The notes: generated by a model not told the origin, from the sequence alone. A stretch of 56,477 nt of DNA from Chlamydiales bacterium (GCA_035480535.1 DATIHQ010000121.1:1-56477), one strand, 5' to 3'. Positions 1 through 9,072 are shown, numbered from the stretch's first letter. Made by a program: numbers and translations.

Positions 1-965
1 CGGTTCCATTCGGTAATCGGCTTAGCGGCCACATAGACAATATCGCCCGGCATTAAAAGAAGGCTATCATTGGGCAAATGAATGACATGTTCCCAATTCA
101 ATGTATAAATCTTCGGATTGCAAATATTGCCGCGGATGACCTGGATATACGATTTATCGCCGGTATAAGGAATTCCGCCCGATTCAGCAAGGGCTTGGCG
201 CAGCGGCATGGAACCAGAAAGTAAATTGAGCGTTCGTTCACGCCCTACCTCTCCCATCACCATCAAAGTGGCTGCATGGGGTTCTGCAATGTAAACCTTA
301 TCATTCCCGCGCATCACAATATTTTGCTGCATATCTCCTTCTTTCAACAACTTGTTGAGATCGACAGGGAGCATCCTATCCTCTCTCACGACATAACTTT
401 TGAAAAGATTCGCATCCGTAGGCACACGAGCTTTGGAAAGGACATCGAAAAGGCGAATTTTCCCATCGACCGGAACGCTCGAAATGGATACCAGCCCCGC
501 TAACTCCACTTTCCTTACAATTCGGTCTTTGTAAGTCAAGAAAACTTCCATATCCTCAATCTGATTCTGATAGTGGGCCTGGATCTTTTGCCGCGCCTCT
601 TCCAAAGTGAGTCCCGCTACTTCCACACACTGCAAATCAGGCAAATTGATTCTCCCATTCACCACCTGATATCCGATCGTAGCGCCAATCCCCCGAACCG
701 CCTCTATCACATCGATCCGTTTCGGATGGTAAAGAGCTATCTGCAAGACATCATCTTCATGGATTCTATCCTGATATTCCTCCAGATATTCTTCATCCAG
801 CTCCTCACAGCAACACCCTTCCAGCTCCAGAATTGAAAATTTCCCCTCCCGGATCTTGTATGAATCGAGCACAAATTCATCGGCTCCAAATAAATCTTTG
901 CCCATGTAGGGGCCGCTGCAGCTGGTGAGCCCAAGGACTCCGAGAATCAAAAGGAAAACTTTCAT
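1..965 (-). CDS. Polysaccharide export outer-membrane lipoprotein (Wza/SLBB family), 3'-truncated by window edge
   Basis: Not in the ORF track because it has no stop inside the window. Manual translation from ATG 965 (alternative ATG 980): MKVFLLILGVLGLTSC (lipobox) ... EDDVLQIALY ... GRINLPDLQCVEVAGLTLEEA (Poly_export motif) ... LRQALAESGG ... LLMPGDIVYV (SLBB repeats); open to base 1. Confidence 0.85.
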   Translation of the reverse strand, partial: MKVFLLILGVLGLTSCSGPYMGKDLFGADEFVLDSYKIREGKFSILELEGCCCEELDEEYLEEYQDRIHEDDVLQIALYHPKRIDVIEAVRGIGATIGYQVVNGRINLPDLQCVEVAGLTLEEARQKIQAHYQNQIEDMEVFLTYKDRIVRKVELAGLVSISSVPVDGKIRLFDVLSKARVPTDANLFKSYVVREDRMLPVDLNKLLKEGDMQQNIVMRGNDKVYIAEPHAATLMVMGEVGRERTLNLLSGSMPLRQALAESGGIPYTGDKSYIQVIRGNICNPKIYTLNWEHVIHLPNDSLLLMPGDIVYVAAKPITEWN

Positions 966-1040
966 ACGAAAAAAACCCATGCAAAATAACGATTCACGCA
1001 ACTAGAATAGAAGATGTTGTATAGCATAAGTTTTTATAAA

Positions 1041-2030
1041 ATGAAAAGAATTCTCATCACTGGCGCCGCAGGATTCATTGGCTTTCACTTATCGGACTAT
1101 TTGCAGAAACGAGGCGATTTCATCATTGGCCTCGACAATTTCAACCCCTACTACAACCCCCAACTCAAGAAAGACCGGGCTGAAATCCTCCAAAAACAAA
1201 GCATCGAGATTCTTCAAGCCGATATCCGCGAAAAAGAACGCCTCACACAGCTCATCCACCACCATAACATCACTCACGTCGTTCATCTCGCCGCCCAAGC
1301 GGGGGTGCGCCATTCTCTCACAGCTCCCGATGACTACGTGGCCTCCAACCTCCAAGGCTTTGTCTCCATCCTCGAAGCTTGCCGCCTTTTCCCCGGCATA
1401 AAATTGATCTATGCCTCTTCTTCTTCCGTCTATGGCCTCAATCGTAAAATTCCTTTCAGCATTGATGACAAAACCGATCAACCTGCCAACCTCTATGGCG
1501 CGACGAAAAAAGCCAATGAAGTAATGGCCCACGCCTATCACCACCTCTATGGCCTGTCAGTGACGGCTCTTCGCTACTTCACCGCCTATGGACCTTGGGG
1601 TCGCCCCGACATGGCCTACTATCGATTTGCTCGGCAAATTTGCGATGGTCAGCCCATTCAAGTCTTTAATTGCGGCCAAATGCGACGCGATTTCACCTAC
1701 ATCGACGATATTGTTCGAGGAACGGCCGCGGCGATCGATCTCGGCGCTCCCTGCGAAATCTTCAATTTGGGAAATAATCGCCCCATCGAACTACTCTACC
1801 TCATTCAGCTGTTAGAGAAATCTTTGGAAAAAAAAGCCATTCAAGAATTGCTCCCGATGCAGCCGGGGGAGGTCATTGAAACCTTTGCCGATATTGAAAA
1901 AAGCCAAAAGCTGCTCCATTTCTACCCCTCAATTTCCATTGAAGAGGGGATTATCCGCTTCGCCAAATGGTTCAAGCACTATCACGCCACTTCATCACAA
2001 TCTGAAAGGCTTTTGGCAGGCACTCGATAA
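1041..2030 (+). CDS. NAD-dependent epimerase, UDP-glucuronate 4-epimerase-like (SDR family)
   Basis: ILITGAAGFIG Rossmann motif, HLAAQAGVR, YASSSSVYG, YGATKKANE (YxxxK), GPWGRPDMA, RDFTYIDD; start placed at MKRILITG. Confidence 0.9.
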   Translation: MKRILITGAAGFIGFHLSDYLQKRGDFIIGLDNFNPYYNPQLKKDRAEILQKQSIEILQADIREKERLTQLIHHHNITHVVHLAAQAGVRHSLTAPDDYVASNLQGFVSILEACRLFPGIKLIYASSSSVYGLNRKIPFSIDDKTDQPANLYGATKKANEVMAHAYHHLYGLSVTALRYFTAYGPWGRPDMAYYRFARQICDGQPIQVFNCGQMRRDFTYIDDIVRGTAAAIDLGAPCEIFNLGNNRPIELLYLIQLLEKSLEKKAIQELLPMQPGEVIETFADIEKSQKLLHFYPSISIEEGIIRFAKWFKHYHATSSQSERLLAGTR

Positions 2031-3456
2031 GATCGCTGGCAATCACGCAGTAGGAAGTTTTTTCTTTTGCCGCTTCTTCGCCCGCAATTCCATGTAAAAT
2101 CGTCCCCAGAATCGCCGCTTCATAACAAAACATCCCTTGAGCCAATAAAGCCGCCAAGATGCCCGTTAGCACATCTCCAGTCCCTGCAGTGGCCATCCCC
2201 GGATCTCCATGAGTGATCACAATCGGAGCTTTTCCAGGTGCAAAAATAAACGTAGGCGCCCCTTTCAAGACAACCACCGTTTGTTTCCGTTCGCAGAAAC
2301 GCATCACTTTAGAAAACAAGTCTTCCTCTTCTTCGGGCACCTGTTTCAAACCCAGAATGCGCAGCGCTTCTCCTCGATGAGGAGTCAAAATAGATAGCGC
2401 GGGATACTGAAGATCGGGCAATAGTGCATCTGCATCGACAACGCAGGGCTGTTTAATTCCTTTCATATAGGTCTGCAACCAACGATGCGTCTCTTTTGAT
2501 TTCCCCAATCCCGGTCCAATGAAAAGAGATTGCGCGCGCGCCATAGCCTCTTTCCACTCTTTCACATTCCATTCACCACAAATCAACTCATCAAAGGCGG
2601 GGCCAATCTTTTCTGGATAGAATAAACGGACAATGCCTGCACCCGCTCTTAAAGCAGCCCGGCTCGCCATCTTTGCAGCTCCCGAAAATTCAGTGGATCC
2701 GGCAAAACCCACTACAAAACCCGATTGATATTTATGCCTCGTTCTCACAATCTGCGGCAGCCTTAAATGTTTCCAATTCGGCAAATAAGCCACCGCATTG
2801 GCTTCTTCAAAATCTTCTTGCAGCAGCCCAAAGTTCTCCACTCTCAACTGGCCAACGCAATTCCATCCCTGTCTGAGAAAAAAACCTATCTTTGGCAATC
2901 CCAATGTAATCGTCTCTTGCGCGACAATCACATAATTCCCAGCCTCGCCAGTCGTCCCATTCAATCCGGAGGGAATATCGATCGCTAAAATGGGCTTGCC
3001 TGAATCGACAGCCCGCTGAATGACAGCTCCCATCGCCGGTTCGACATTCCCTTTAAAACCGGTCCCCAAAAGGCCATCTAAAATCAACCCATCTTCTTCA
3101 AAGTGGATTTCCTTCGGTTCAATCCGTCCCTTTTTTTTCTTAAACCGTTCTCCAAATTTCCGATTCAATGCGCTGCCTTCTTCCATTTTGTATAATGGCA
3201 CCGCCCGCACCTGAAATCCTTCATCTAGCAAATAGATCCCAGCTGCCCACGCATCTCCCCCATTATTGCCCTTCCCCACCAGCAAGGCGATCCGCCTAAC
3301 CAATCCATGCTTTTCCACATATTCCATCGCCGCCAGCGCCACCTTGCGGCCTGCCTCATCCATGAAGCGCTCTTCATCCCCCCCCCGTCCCACAGCCCGT
3401 TTTTCAATTCGAGCCATTTCCTGGGCAGTCACAATTTTCAAACCTTCAATCGACAT
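1972..3456 (-). CDS. nnr: Bifunctional NAD(P)H-hydrate epimerase/dehydratase (YjeF)
   Basis: GKGNNGGD, DGLLGTG, DIPSG (YjeF_N); KYQSG, GAA, GPGLG, DADA, LTPHRGE, VLKG, MATAGTGDVLTG (carbohydrate kinase domain); start trimmed to MSIEG. Confidence 0.93.
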   Translation of the reverse strand: MSIEGLKIVTAQEMARIEKRAVGRGGDEERFMDEAGRKVALAAMEYVEKHGLVRRIALLVGKGNNGGDAWAAGIYLLDEGFQVRAVPLYKMEEGSALNRKFGERFKKKKGRIEPKEIHFEEDGLILDGLLGTGFKGNVEPAMGAVIQRAVDSGKPILAIDIPSGLNGTTGEAGNYVIVAQETITLGLPKIGFFLRQGWNCVGQLRVENFGLLQEDFEEANAVAYLPNWKHLRLPQIVRTRHKYQSGFVVGFAGSTEFSGAAKMASRAALRAGAGIVRLFYPEKIGPAFDELICGEWNVKEWKEAMARAQSLFIGPGLGKSKETHRWLQTYMKGIKQPCVVDADALLPDLQYPALSILTPHRGEALRILGLKQVPEEEEDLFSKVMRFCERKQTVVVLKGAPTFIFAPGKAPIVITHGDPGMATAGTGDVLTGILAALLAQGMFCYEAAILGTILHGIAGEEAAKEKTSYCVIASDLIECLPKAFQIVMKWRDSA

Positions 3457-3539
3457 GCACGACCTTTTTATATTGTGCATAACAAAGATCAACAAATTAC
3501 GCTACTAAACATCAGGCTCATATCCTGAAACATAATACG

Positions 3540-3706
3540 AATATCAGCGCAGAGGTAGGGGGCAGAGATAGAAAGAACGCAGAGGAAAAAAAAGCCGGGA
3601 CCCTGCCCGGAGTTAGAGAGGGGCGCCCTTTCTTCCTCCGGACGAAGTCCGCCAACTTTCTCTCTGCGAACTTTCTATCTCTGCCCTTCCCCTCTGCGCT
3701 GATATT
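3540..3706. repeat. 167-nt intergenic element with about 45-bp imperfect terminal inverted repeats and nested hairpins (MITE-like or structured RNA)
   Basis: Left arm 3540-3584 AATATCAGCGCAGAGG-TAGG-GGGCAGAGATAGAAAG-AA-CGCAGAG versus reverse complement of right arm 3662-3706 AATATCAGCGCAGAGG-GGAA-GGGCAGAGATAGAAAG-TT-CGCAGAG (39/45 identical); inner hairpins at 3607-3641 and GGAC-GAA-GTCC. Confidence 0.85.
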
Positions 3707-3736
3707 CTCATTACGTCTACGACTATAGGCCTGATA

Positions 3737-4726
3737 CTACAGATGTTCTTCCTTGATGGTCCTTGTTAGAAGCGCTTTGACGGCTTCTCTTGGATCGGCG
3801 GCGTTGAAGATCACTCCATAGGTCGCCTCAGTGATTGGAATGGGAATATTCGCTTTAAGTCCCAATTCGCGAGCGGAAACGCAGGTGTAGATTCCCTCGA
3901 CTGCCATGCCGATTTTCTGACGTGCACCTTCGGGTGAAAACCCTTCGGCAATGAGTTTTCCAAATCGATAATTGCGGCTGTGGCGCGACATGCAAGTGAC
4001 GCAGAGATCTCCCATCCCCGAAAGGCCGTTCAACGTCTCTGGTTTACACTCTTTCACAACGCACAATTTTTTGATTTCATGAAGCCCACGCGTCATCAAA
4101 GCCGCCTTCGCATTATCGCCGTAACCCAACCCATCGGAAATGCCGCATGCAATCGCAATGATGTTTTTCATCGCGCCCCCAAAGCAAACTCCGCGGATAT
4201 CGGCATTGGGATAAATCCGAAAGGTCGGCGTAGTGAAAAGCTCGTGGATCAATTTCATGATCCCGTTTTCATAAGCGGAGCAAACGACCGAAGTAGGTAA
4301 ATTGAGAACCACCTCTTCCGCATGGCTCGGGCCGCTGAGGCACCCCACCAAGGGACTTTCCTTCACTCCGATGATTTCAGAGACCACTTCAGGTAAAAGC
4401 AATCCAGTCCCTTGCTCGATTCCCTTGGAAGTCAAAATCACCGGAACATCGATGGTCCCAATTTCTTGAAATACAGGGCGAATCCCCGAAGAAGTAACGC
4501 TTTCCACTAAGAGATCCGCTCCCTGCGCTGCCTCAGCAAGTACATTTGTAAATCGAATCGAGCGGGGAATGCTGAAATTGGCCAGTTTCGGATGGGTCCG
4601 CTTTTCTTCCAGATGTTTTGCGAGCTCCGGATCGCGCGTCCATGCAATCACTTCATGTCCATTGCCAGCGAGAATTGAAGCCAGAGCTACGCCCCACGTT
4701 CCCGATCCCAAATATCCAATTTTCAT
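3737..4726 (-). CDS. gpsA: NAD(P)H-dependent glycerol-3-phosphate dehydrogenase
   Basis: GSGTWG, SKGIE, SGPSHAEEV, GGAMKNIIAIACG, GLSGMGDLCVTC, SRNYRFG. Confidence 0.96.
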   Translation of the reverse strand: MKIGYLGSGTWGVALASILAGNGHEVIAWTRDPELAKHLEEKRTHPKLANFSIPRSIRFTNVLAEAAQGADLLVESVTSSGIRPVFQEIGTIDVPVILTSKGIEQGTGLLLPEVVSEIIGVKESPLVGCLSGPSHAEEVVLNLPTSVVCSAYENGIMKLIHELFTTPTFRIYPNADIRGVCFGGAMKNIIAIACGISDGLGYGDNAKAALMTRGLHEIKKLCVVKECKPETLNGLSGMGDLCVTCMSRHSRNYRFGKLIAEGFSPEGARQKIGMAVEGIYTCVSARELGLKANIPIPITEATYGVIFNAADPREAVKALLTRTIKEEHL

Positions 4727-6495
4727 ACTGCAAGTGCCTTTTGTACTGCTTCTAAACTCTCTTTATTTTTCAGCGGCGCATAGCAAGTTTCTCTAGAGGC
4801 GCAAATCGCTTCCACCCGCTCCGCATAGGGAAAGGCATCGAAAATAAACTGCTCTCCCTTCCAAATCGAACGCATTTGAGCGCCGATCTGCATCCTCTTT
4901 TGCACCCAATGGATCGGCAATGCAACATTTGCCATCTTTTCAAAAAAAGAAAGGCGAATCGCAAGCTGTCCTGTATTTGCCAAGCGATATTCCCCTAACT
5001 GCTGCGGATCCACTTCTGTATATTCCACCACTTCGATTTTGCCCCGCCGCTCCGCGAGAACTCCCATTGAGTTTTCTTTCCTTTCAATGCATTTGATCAC
5101 AATATCTGCCTCTTTTTCTCGAGCAAAGGCGATAAGCACTGGATCAAAAGGATGTGCCAGTGGGTTATCGACCGGAACCACCGTCACCAAATCGACCCCC
5201 TTCTCCGCAAATCGCTTTACAAGTCCCGATTGGACAAACGAGCGAAAAACACTCCCATTTCCATTGGGCCCCTGCCCCACTTCGCGCCTTTTTTCATCCA
5301 AAAGAGGACTCATCTCCTGCTGAAAGAAGTGAAGATCGAGTCCAAAGAATTGGTGCCGTTCAAAAAAAGAGACCGTCTCTTCGTGATTCAATGGCGATGT
5401 CATCACTGCAATCGGCAAATCCTTCCTTGGAACCTTCTCACATATCCATTGAAAAAGAGCTTTCCCTTGCACACGAAAAAGTCCTTTTGGATAAGAAATT
5501 CCCAGACGAGTTCCCTGTCCGCCCGCTAAAATAATGGCCCCTACATTTCCAATTTCTCTTTTTTCTATCTCTTCAGCCCTCGCACACTTCTTCAAAGGTC
5601 TTCTTGGGAAAATCTGCTCCATCACAACATCCACCGACACTCCAGAAAGATCCCTTCCTTTCCCGATCAAAGGAGTATGAACCAATTGGGGATTGGGAGA
5701 AGGAACTCCCTGCTTTAAAATCCCATGATCTGGATCGGCCCATAAAGAGATGAGATGAATAGGAAAACTCTCATCGAGATAATAAACCATCGATAAAATA
5801 CCCGAATCGGGAAGAATCAGAAATTGGCATCGATTCTTAATGATCGAAAGAAGTTCAAAAAGAGTTGTCTTTCCTCTTAGATCGATTCCGCTAGAAAACT
5901 GCGGCTCATCTCCAAAGCCAAATAAAATCACCTTCACACCCGCTATTTTTTCCAATCGATCGAATAGCTCTTTCCATCTTTCAAGCGGCCAATTGCGCCA
6001 AAGCCCATAATTTGTCTCTGCAGCCACCTGTACACCAATACAAGTCCCCGGCGGGATGGCAAATTTCTTCCAAAGATCCTCATGTTTCGGATCCCACTTC
6101 AGCTTAGGAACCACCCTACCCCTTTGCCACCTCACCCAATCGGTAGGGCTCGGGTTTTCTACTATGAGATCGAATGCTCCGGAATCGATTCCCAGCAAAT
6201 GTAAAGCGCGCTTTACATTGCATTTTTCGCCTCGTTTCCAATTGGGAGCGGCAATCTTTTTTACCCCTTCCAACATCGAAAAACCTTCCTGTAAATTCTC
6301 CCGAATCAAAAAGGTAACTTCGGCATCTGGAATCGTTTCACGGATTCGCTGCACCATCGCATATAATCCAAGCGCAATGTCTCCCAAACCTCGGTTCCAA
6401 CCAAGTAAAATTCTTCGCCCTCCCTTCTTAGCCGTTCGCTTTAACATCCAGTCAAATGGATTGGGCAAAAACAACCGCGCAAAGGTCCTAAACAC
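4723..6495 (-). CDS. Fusion of GT9 (heptosyltransferase-like) glycosyltransferase and UAP1/AGX-type UDP-N-acetylhexosamine pyrophosphorylase
   Basis: N-half: RGLGDIAL, RNWPLERW, DLRGKTTLFEL, PDSG (GT9). C-half: LAGGQGTRLG..PKG, GPNGNG, VDNPL, EQFIFDAF, YAPLKN (UDPGP/UAP family). Single 590-aa uninterrupted ORF. Confidence 0.8.
   Translation of the reverse strand: MFRTFARLFLPNPFDWMLKRTAKKGGRRILLGWNRGLGDIALGLYAMVQRIRETIPDAEVTFLIRENLQEGFSMLEGVKKIAAPNWKRGEKCNVKRALHLLGIDSGAFDLIVENPSPTDWVRWQRGRVVPKLKWDPKHEDLWKKFAIPPGTCIGVQVAAETNYGLWRNWPLERWKELFDRLEKIAGVKVILFGFGDEPQFSSGIDLRGKTTLFELLSIIKNRCQFLILPDSGILSMVYYLDESFPIHLISLWADPDHGILKQGVPSPNPQLVHTPLIGKGRDLSGVSVDVVMEQIFPRRPLKKCARAEEIEKREIGNVGAIILAGGQGTRLGISYPKGLFRVQGKALFQWICEKVPRKDLPIAVMTSPLNHEETVSFFERHQFFGLDLHFFQQEMSPLLDEKRREVGQGPNGNGSVFRSFVQSGLVKRFAEKGVDLVTVVPVDNPLAHPFDPVLIAFAREKEADIVIKCIERKENSMGVLAERRGKIEVVEYTEVDPQQLGEYRLANTGQLAIRLSFFEKMANVALPIHWVQKRMQIGAQMRSIWKGEQFIFDAFPYAERVEAICASRETCYAPLKNKESLEAVQKALAV
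6196..6237. repeat. Palindromic repeat copy 1 (intragenic, in frame)
   Basis: CAAATGTAAAGCGCGCTTTACATTGC at 6196-6221 is identical to 29274-29299; CGCCTCGTTT at 6228-6237 is shared with copy 3. Confidence 0.8.
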
Positions 6496-7525
6496 GAGCG
6501 CCTCTTTTCAAAAGATGCAAAACTTTCGCCGCCACCTCATCCACGCTAATTTGTTTCATGCAGCGAAAATCAATGGGACACGTCCGCTTAAAACAAGGGG
6601 AGCAACTCACATGTTTATGGATCACCGCCTCCTCTTGCCCGTAAGGTCCTGTCACCTTCTCATCAGTCGATCCAAATAAAGCCACTAGCGGCGTGCCAAA
6701 TGCCGCTCCAATATGCATCGGCCCGCTATCATTCGTCACCAACACATCGCAATCTTTAATCAAACAAGCCAGTTCTCGCAAGCTCGTCACACCTGCTAAA
6801 TCCATCACCTGTTCGGGCAAGCCGCGGCAAATCTCCTTTACCAACACAGTCGTCGTACTATCTCCGAAAAACACAACGGAAACTTCTCTCGCCAATTTAA
6901 TCGCCAATTCTCTAAAACGTTCGGGCGGCCAACATTTCGAGCTGCCATAAGCGGCCCCTGGATTGATCCCAACTAACTTCTTTCCTCTCACATAGCCGCG
7001 CTGGTACAAAAGTTCTTTCGATTCTTCCACTTCTTTCGGCGTCACATACAGTCGCGGCTTTGTATCAGAAATATCTATACCCAGCGGCGCCAAAAGCTGT
7101 TTATACGTAATCACTATATGCTGTTCATCGATCTCTTTTGGCACTTTCACTGCATCTGTTAGAAAAAAACTTCTCCAATCGCAGGCAAACCCAATGCGCC
7201 GTTTAACTTTTCCCTGCCAAAACCGCCAGGCCGATGAAAAGGAATTCGTCAGCAAAATCCCCACGTCGTATTTCCCCGCCTCGATCTTGGCAATGATATT
7301 GCGCCTCTCCTCCCTTCTAAGAAAATCATTCGGGGGTCTCGTGAAACAAAAGAGTTCATCAATCGCCTCATCTTCCTTCAACAGCTCGCACTGAGGCGTG
7401 CGGCACATCGCTGTGATCGATGCCTTGGGAAATGCCTTTCTCAAATCGGTCAATACGGGCGTTGCCATGACAAGATCGCCAATCCAATTTGGCATCCGTA
7501 CAAGTATATTTTTTGCTTGATCCAT
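6488..7525 (-). CDS. waaF: Lipopolysaccharide heptosyltransferase II (GT9)
   Basis: VRMPNWIGDLVMATP, INPGAAYGSSKCWPPERF, TNDSGPMHIGAA, ALFGST, CSPCFKRTCP. Confidence 0.9.
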   Translation of the reverse strand: MDQAKNILVRMPNWIGDLVMATPVLTDLRKAFPKASITAMCRTPQCELLKEDEAIDELFCFTRPPNDFLRREERRNIIAKIEAGKYDVGILLTNSFSSAWRFWQGKVKRRIGFACDWRSFFLTDAVKVPKEIDEQHIVITYKQLLAPLGIDISDTKPRLYVTPKEVEESKELLYQRGYVRGKKLVGINPGAAYGSSKCWPPERFRELAIKLAREVSVVFFGDSTTTVLVKEICRGLPEQVMDLAGVTSLRELACLIKDCDVLVTNDSGPMHIGAAFGTPLVALFGSTDEKVTGPYGQEEAVIHKHVSCSPCFKRTCPIDFRCMKQISVDEVAAKVLHLLKRGARV

Positions 7526-7575
7526 ATTCCAATCGCTTTTTGAAACAAATATACCTCATCTGATACCGTAAGTAA

Positions 7576-8055
7576 ATGAGACAAATCATTCTCGGAATTG
7601 ATCCAGGGACGCGCATTACCGGTTATGGTCTCATAGACATCGACAGCCGTCCGCTGGATTTTGGGTGCATCCGCCCCCCTCCCAATCTCCCTCTTGCCGA
7701 TCGCTACAAAATCATTTACGAGGGAATTGAACAGCTCATTGCCCGCCACCAACCGGTAGCCATTGCAGTTGAATCGCAATTTGTGTTGAAAAATGCGCAA
7801 AGCGCCATTAAATTAGGCATGGCCAAGGGAATGGTGTTTCTCGCCGCTGCAAAAAATTCCATTCCCCTTTATGAATATGCGCCGAAAAAGGCAAAACTCG
7901 CCGTCGTAGGCTACGGCGGAGCGAGCAAAATGCAAGTGCAAAAAATGATCCAGGCTCTTTTATGCCTGCCCCAGCTTCCTGAACCGGAAGACGCCGCCGA
8001 TGCGCTTGCGCTCGCCATCTGCTGCGCCCATCAATTGAGGAGTTCCCATGTTTGA
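7576..8055 (+). CDS. ruvC: Holliday junction resolvase RuvC
   Basis: ILGIDPG, AVESQF, KLAVVGYGGASKMQV, DAADALALAICC. Confidence 0.96.
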   Translation: MRQIILGIDPGTRITGYGLIDIDSRPLDFGCIRPPPNLPLADRYKIIYEGIEQLIARHQPVAIAVESQFVLKNAQSAIKLGMAKGMVFLAAAKNSIPLYEYAPKKAKLAVVGYGGASKMQVQKMIQALLCLPQLPEPEDAADALALAICCAHQLRSSHV

Positions 8056-8638
8056 TTCAATTCAAGGCATTTTAAAAGATAAAGATCCACTGAAAGCAGT
8101 TGTCGAAACTGGCGGCATTGGCTATCGCCTCGCCATTCCCCTCAGCACCTACACACAGCTTCCCGCTTGTGAAAAAACGCTGAAACTCTACCTCTCCCAA
8201 GTGGTTCGCGAAGATTCAAACACTCTCTACGCCTTCCTCGTCAAAGAAGAGCGAGATCTCTTTGAAACCCTCATCACTCTCTCTGGCATCGGCCCCAAAA
8301 CAGCCCTTGCGATCATCGGCCACATGGATATTGCCTCCTTTCAGCGCGCGATTGCCGCCTCCGATGTCCGCCTCCTCAGCAAAATCCCCGGCATCGGCAA
8401 GAAAACAGCCGAACGACTCGTCATTGAAATGCGCGATAAGTTTAAAAAAGGACCTCTCAAAGGCAAGGCCATTACACTCTCCAGCGCCGACACGCTCATC
8501 GGCGATGCGATGCATGCGCTCCTCAACCTCGGCTACAGCCCCCTCGATGCGCAGAGAGCCGTCCAGGCCGCCATGGAAGAAAAGAAAGAGGAAAAAGACC
8601 TCGGCCGCCTCATCACCGCGGCCCTCCAAAAAATTTAG
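8048..8638 (+). CDS. ruvA: Holliday junction branch migration protein RuvA
   Basis: ETGGIGY, VVREDS, SGIGPKTAL, PGIGKKTAERLVIE, ALLNLGY. Confidence 0.96.
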   Translation: MFDSIQGILKDKDPLKAVVETGGIGYRLAIPLSTYTQLPACEKTLKLYLSQVVREDSNTLYAFLVKEERDLFETLITLSGIGPKTALAIIGHMDIASFQRAIAASDVRLLSKIPGIGKKTAERLVIEMRDKFKKGPLKGKAITLSSADTLIGDAMHALLNLGYSPLDAQRAVQAAMEEKKEEKDLGRLITAALQKI

Positions 8639-9072
8639 GAGCGGGGACAGCCAAGTTCATCCGCATATTTAGTCCCAATCCCTATGCCTACTCCAATCAT
8701 CCCTCCTGCGTAGCCAAGGGTGGAAACAGTGGTGAGAAATTTTCGGATGTGGCAGATATTGCGGCCGCAATAGATCATTTTTCCCTCCCAATATCTCCAA
8801 GTTGCGAAAGCAAACCAAAGCGCAGAGCCTACCGGGATGATCGCATAGGAGGCCGCGCTAGATTTAAACGTAGTACTGAGAGAGACGCAGACGATTCCTG
8901 TAGTGACGCCTCCAATCCCAGAAAGGGCATGGGAAATGGTTTTTCGAGAACTCAGCGCTCTACAAGTAATCTTGCAACACCTGCCGATCATATTGAGAAA
9001 TCCGCCCGGGGGTGGGGGAGCAACTGGAGCGGCGGCTCCTTCTCCTCGTTGACCATTTTGTACGGGAACCAT
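8635..9072 (-). CDS. Hypothetical membrane protein (orphan, Inc-like hydrophobic profile)
   Basis: 145-aa ORF with strong SD (CAGGAGG) just upstream; Pro/Ala-rich N-terminus followed by several hydrophobic segments. Confidence 0.65.
   Translation of the reverse strand: MVPVQNGQRGEGAAAPVAPPPPGGFLNMIGRCCKITCRALSSRKTISHALSGIGGVTTGIVCVSLSTTFKSSAASYAIIPVGSALWFAFATWRYWEGKMIYCGRNICHIRKFLTTVSTLGYAGGMIGVGIGIGTKYADELGCPRS

Noticed and set aside
3540-3706. Calling this element 6S RNA or SRP RNA
   Set aside because: No SRP GGAA tetraloop or domain IV motif is present, and the apical stem is short for 6S. The near-perfect arms fit a MITE equally well, so it is reported only as a repeat.
7576-8638. ruvC-ruvA without ruvB
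   Set aside because: ruvB is unlinked in chlamydiae, so this is the expected arrangement.
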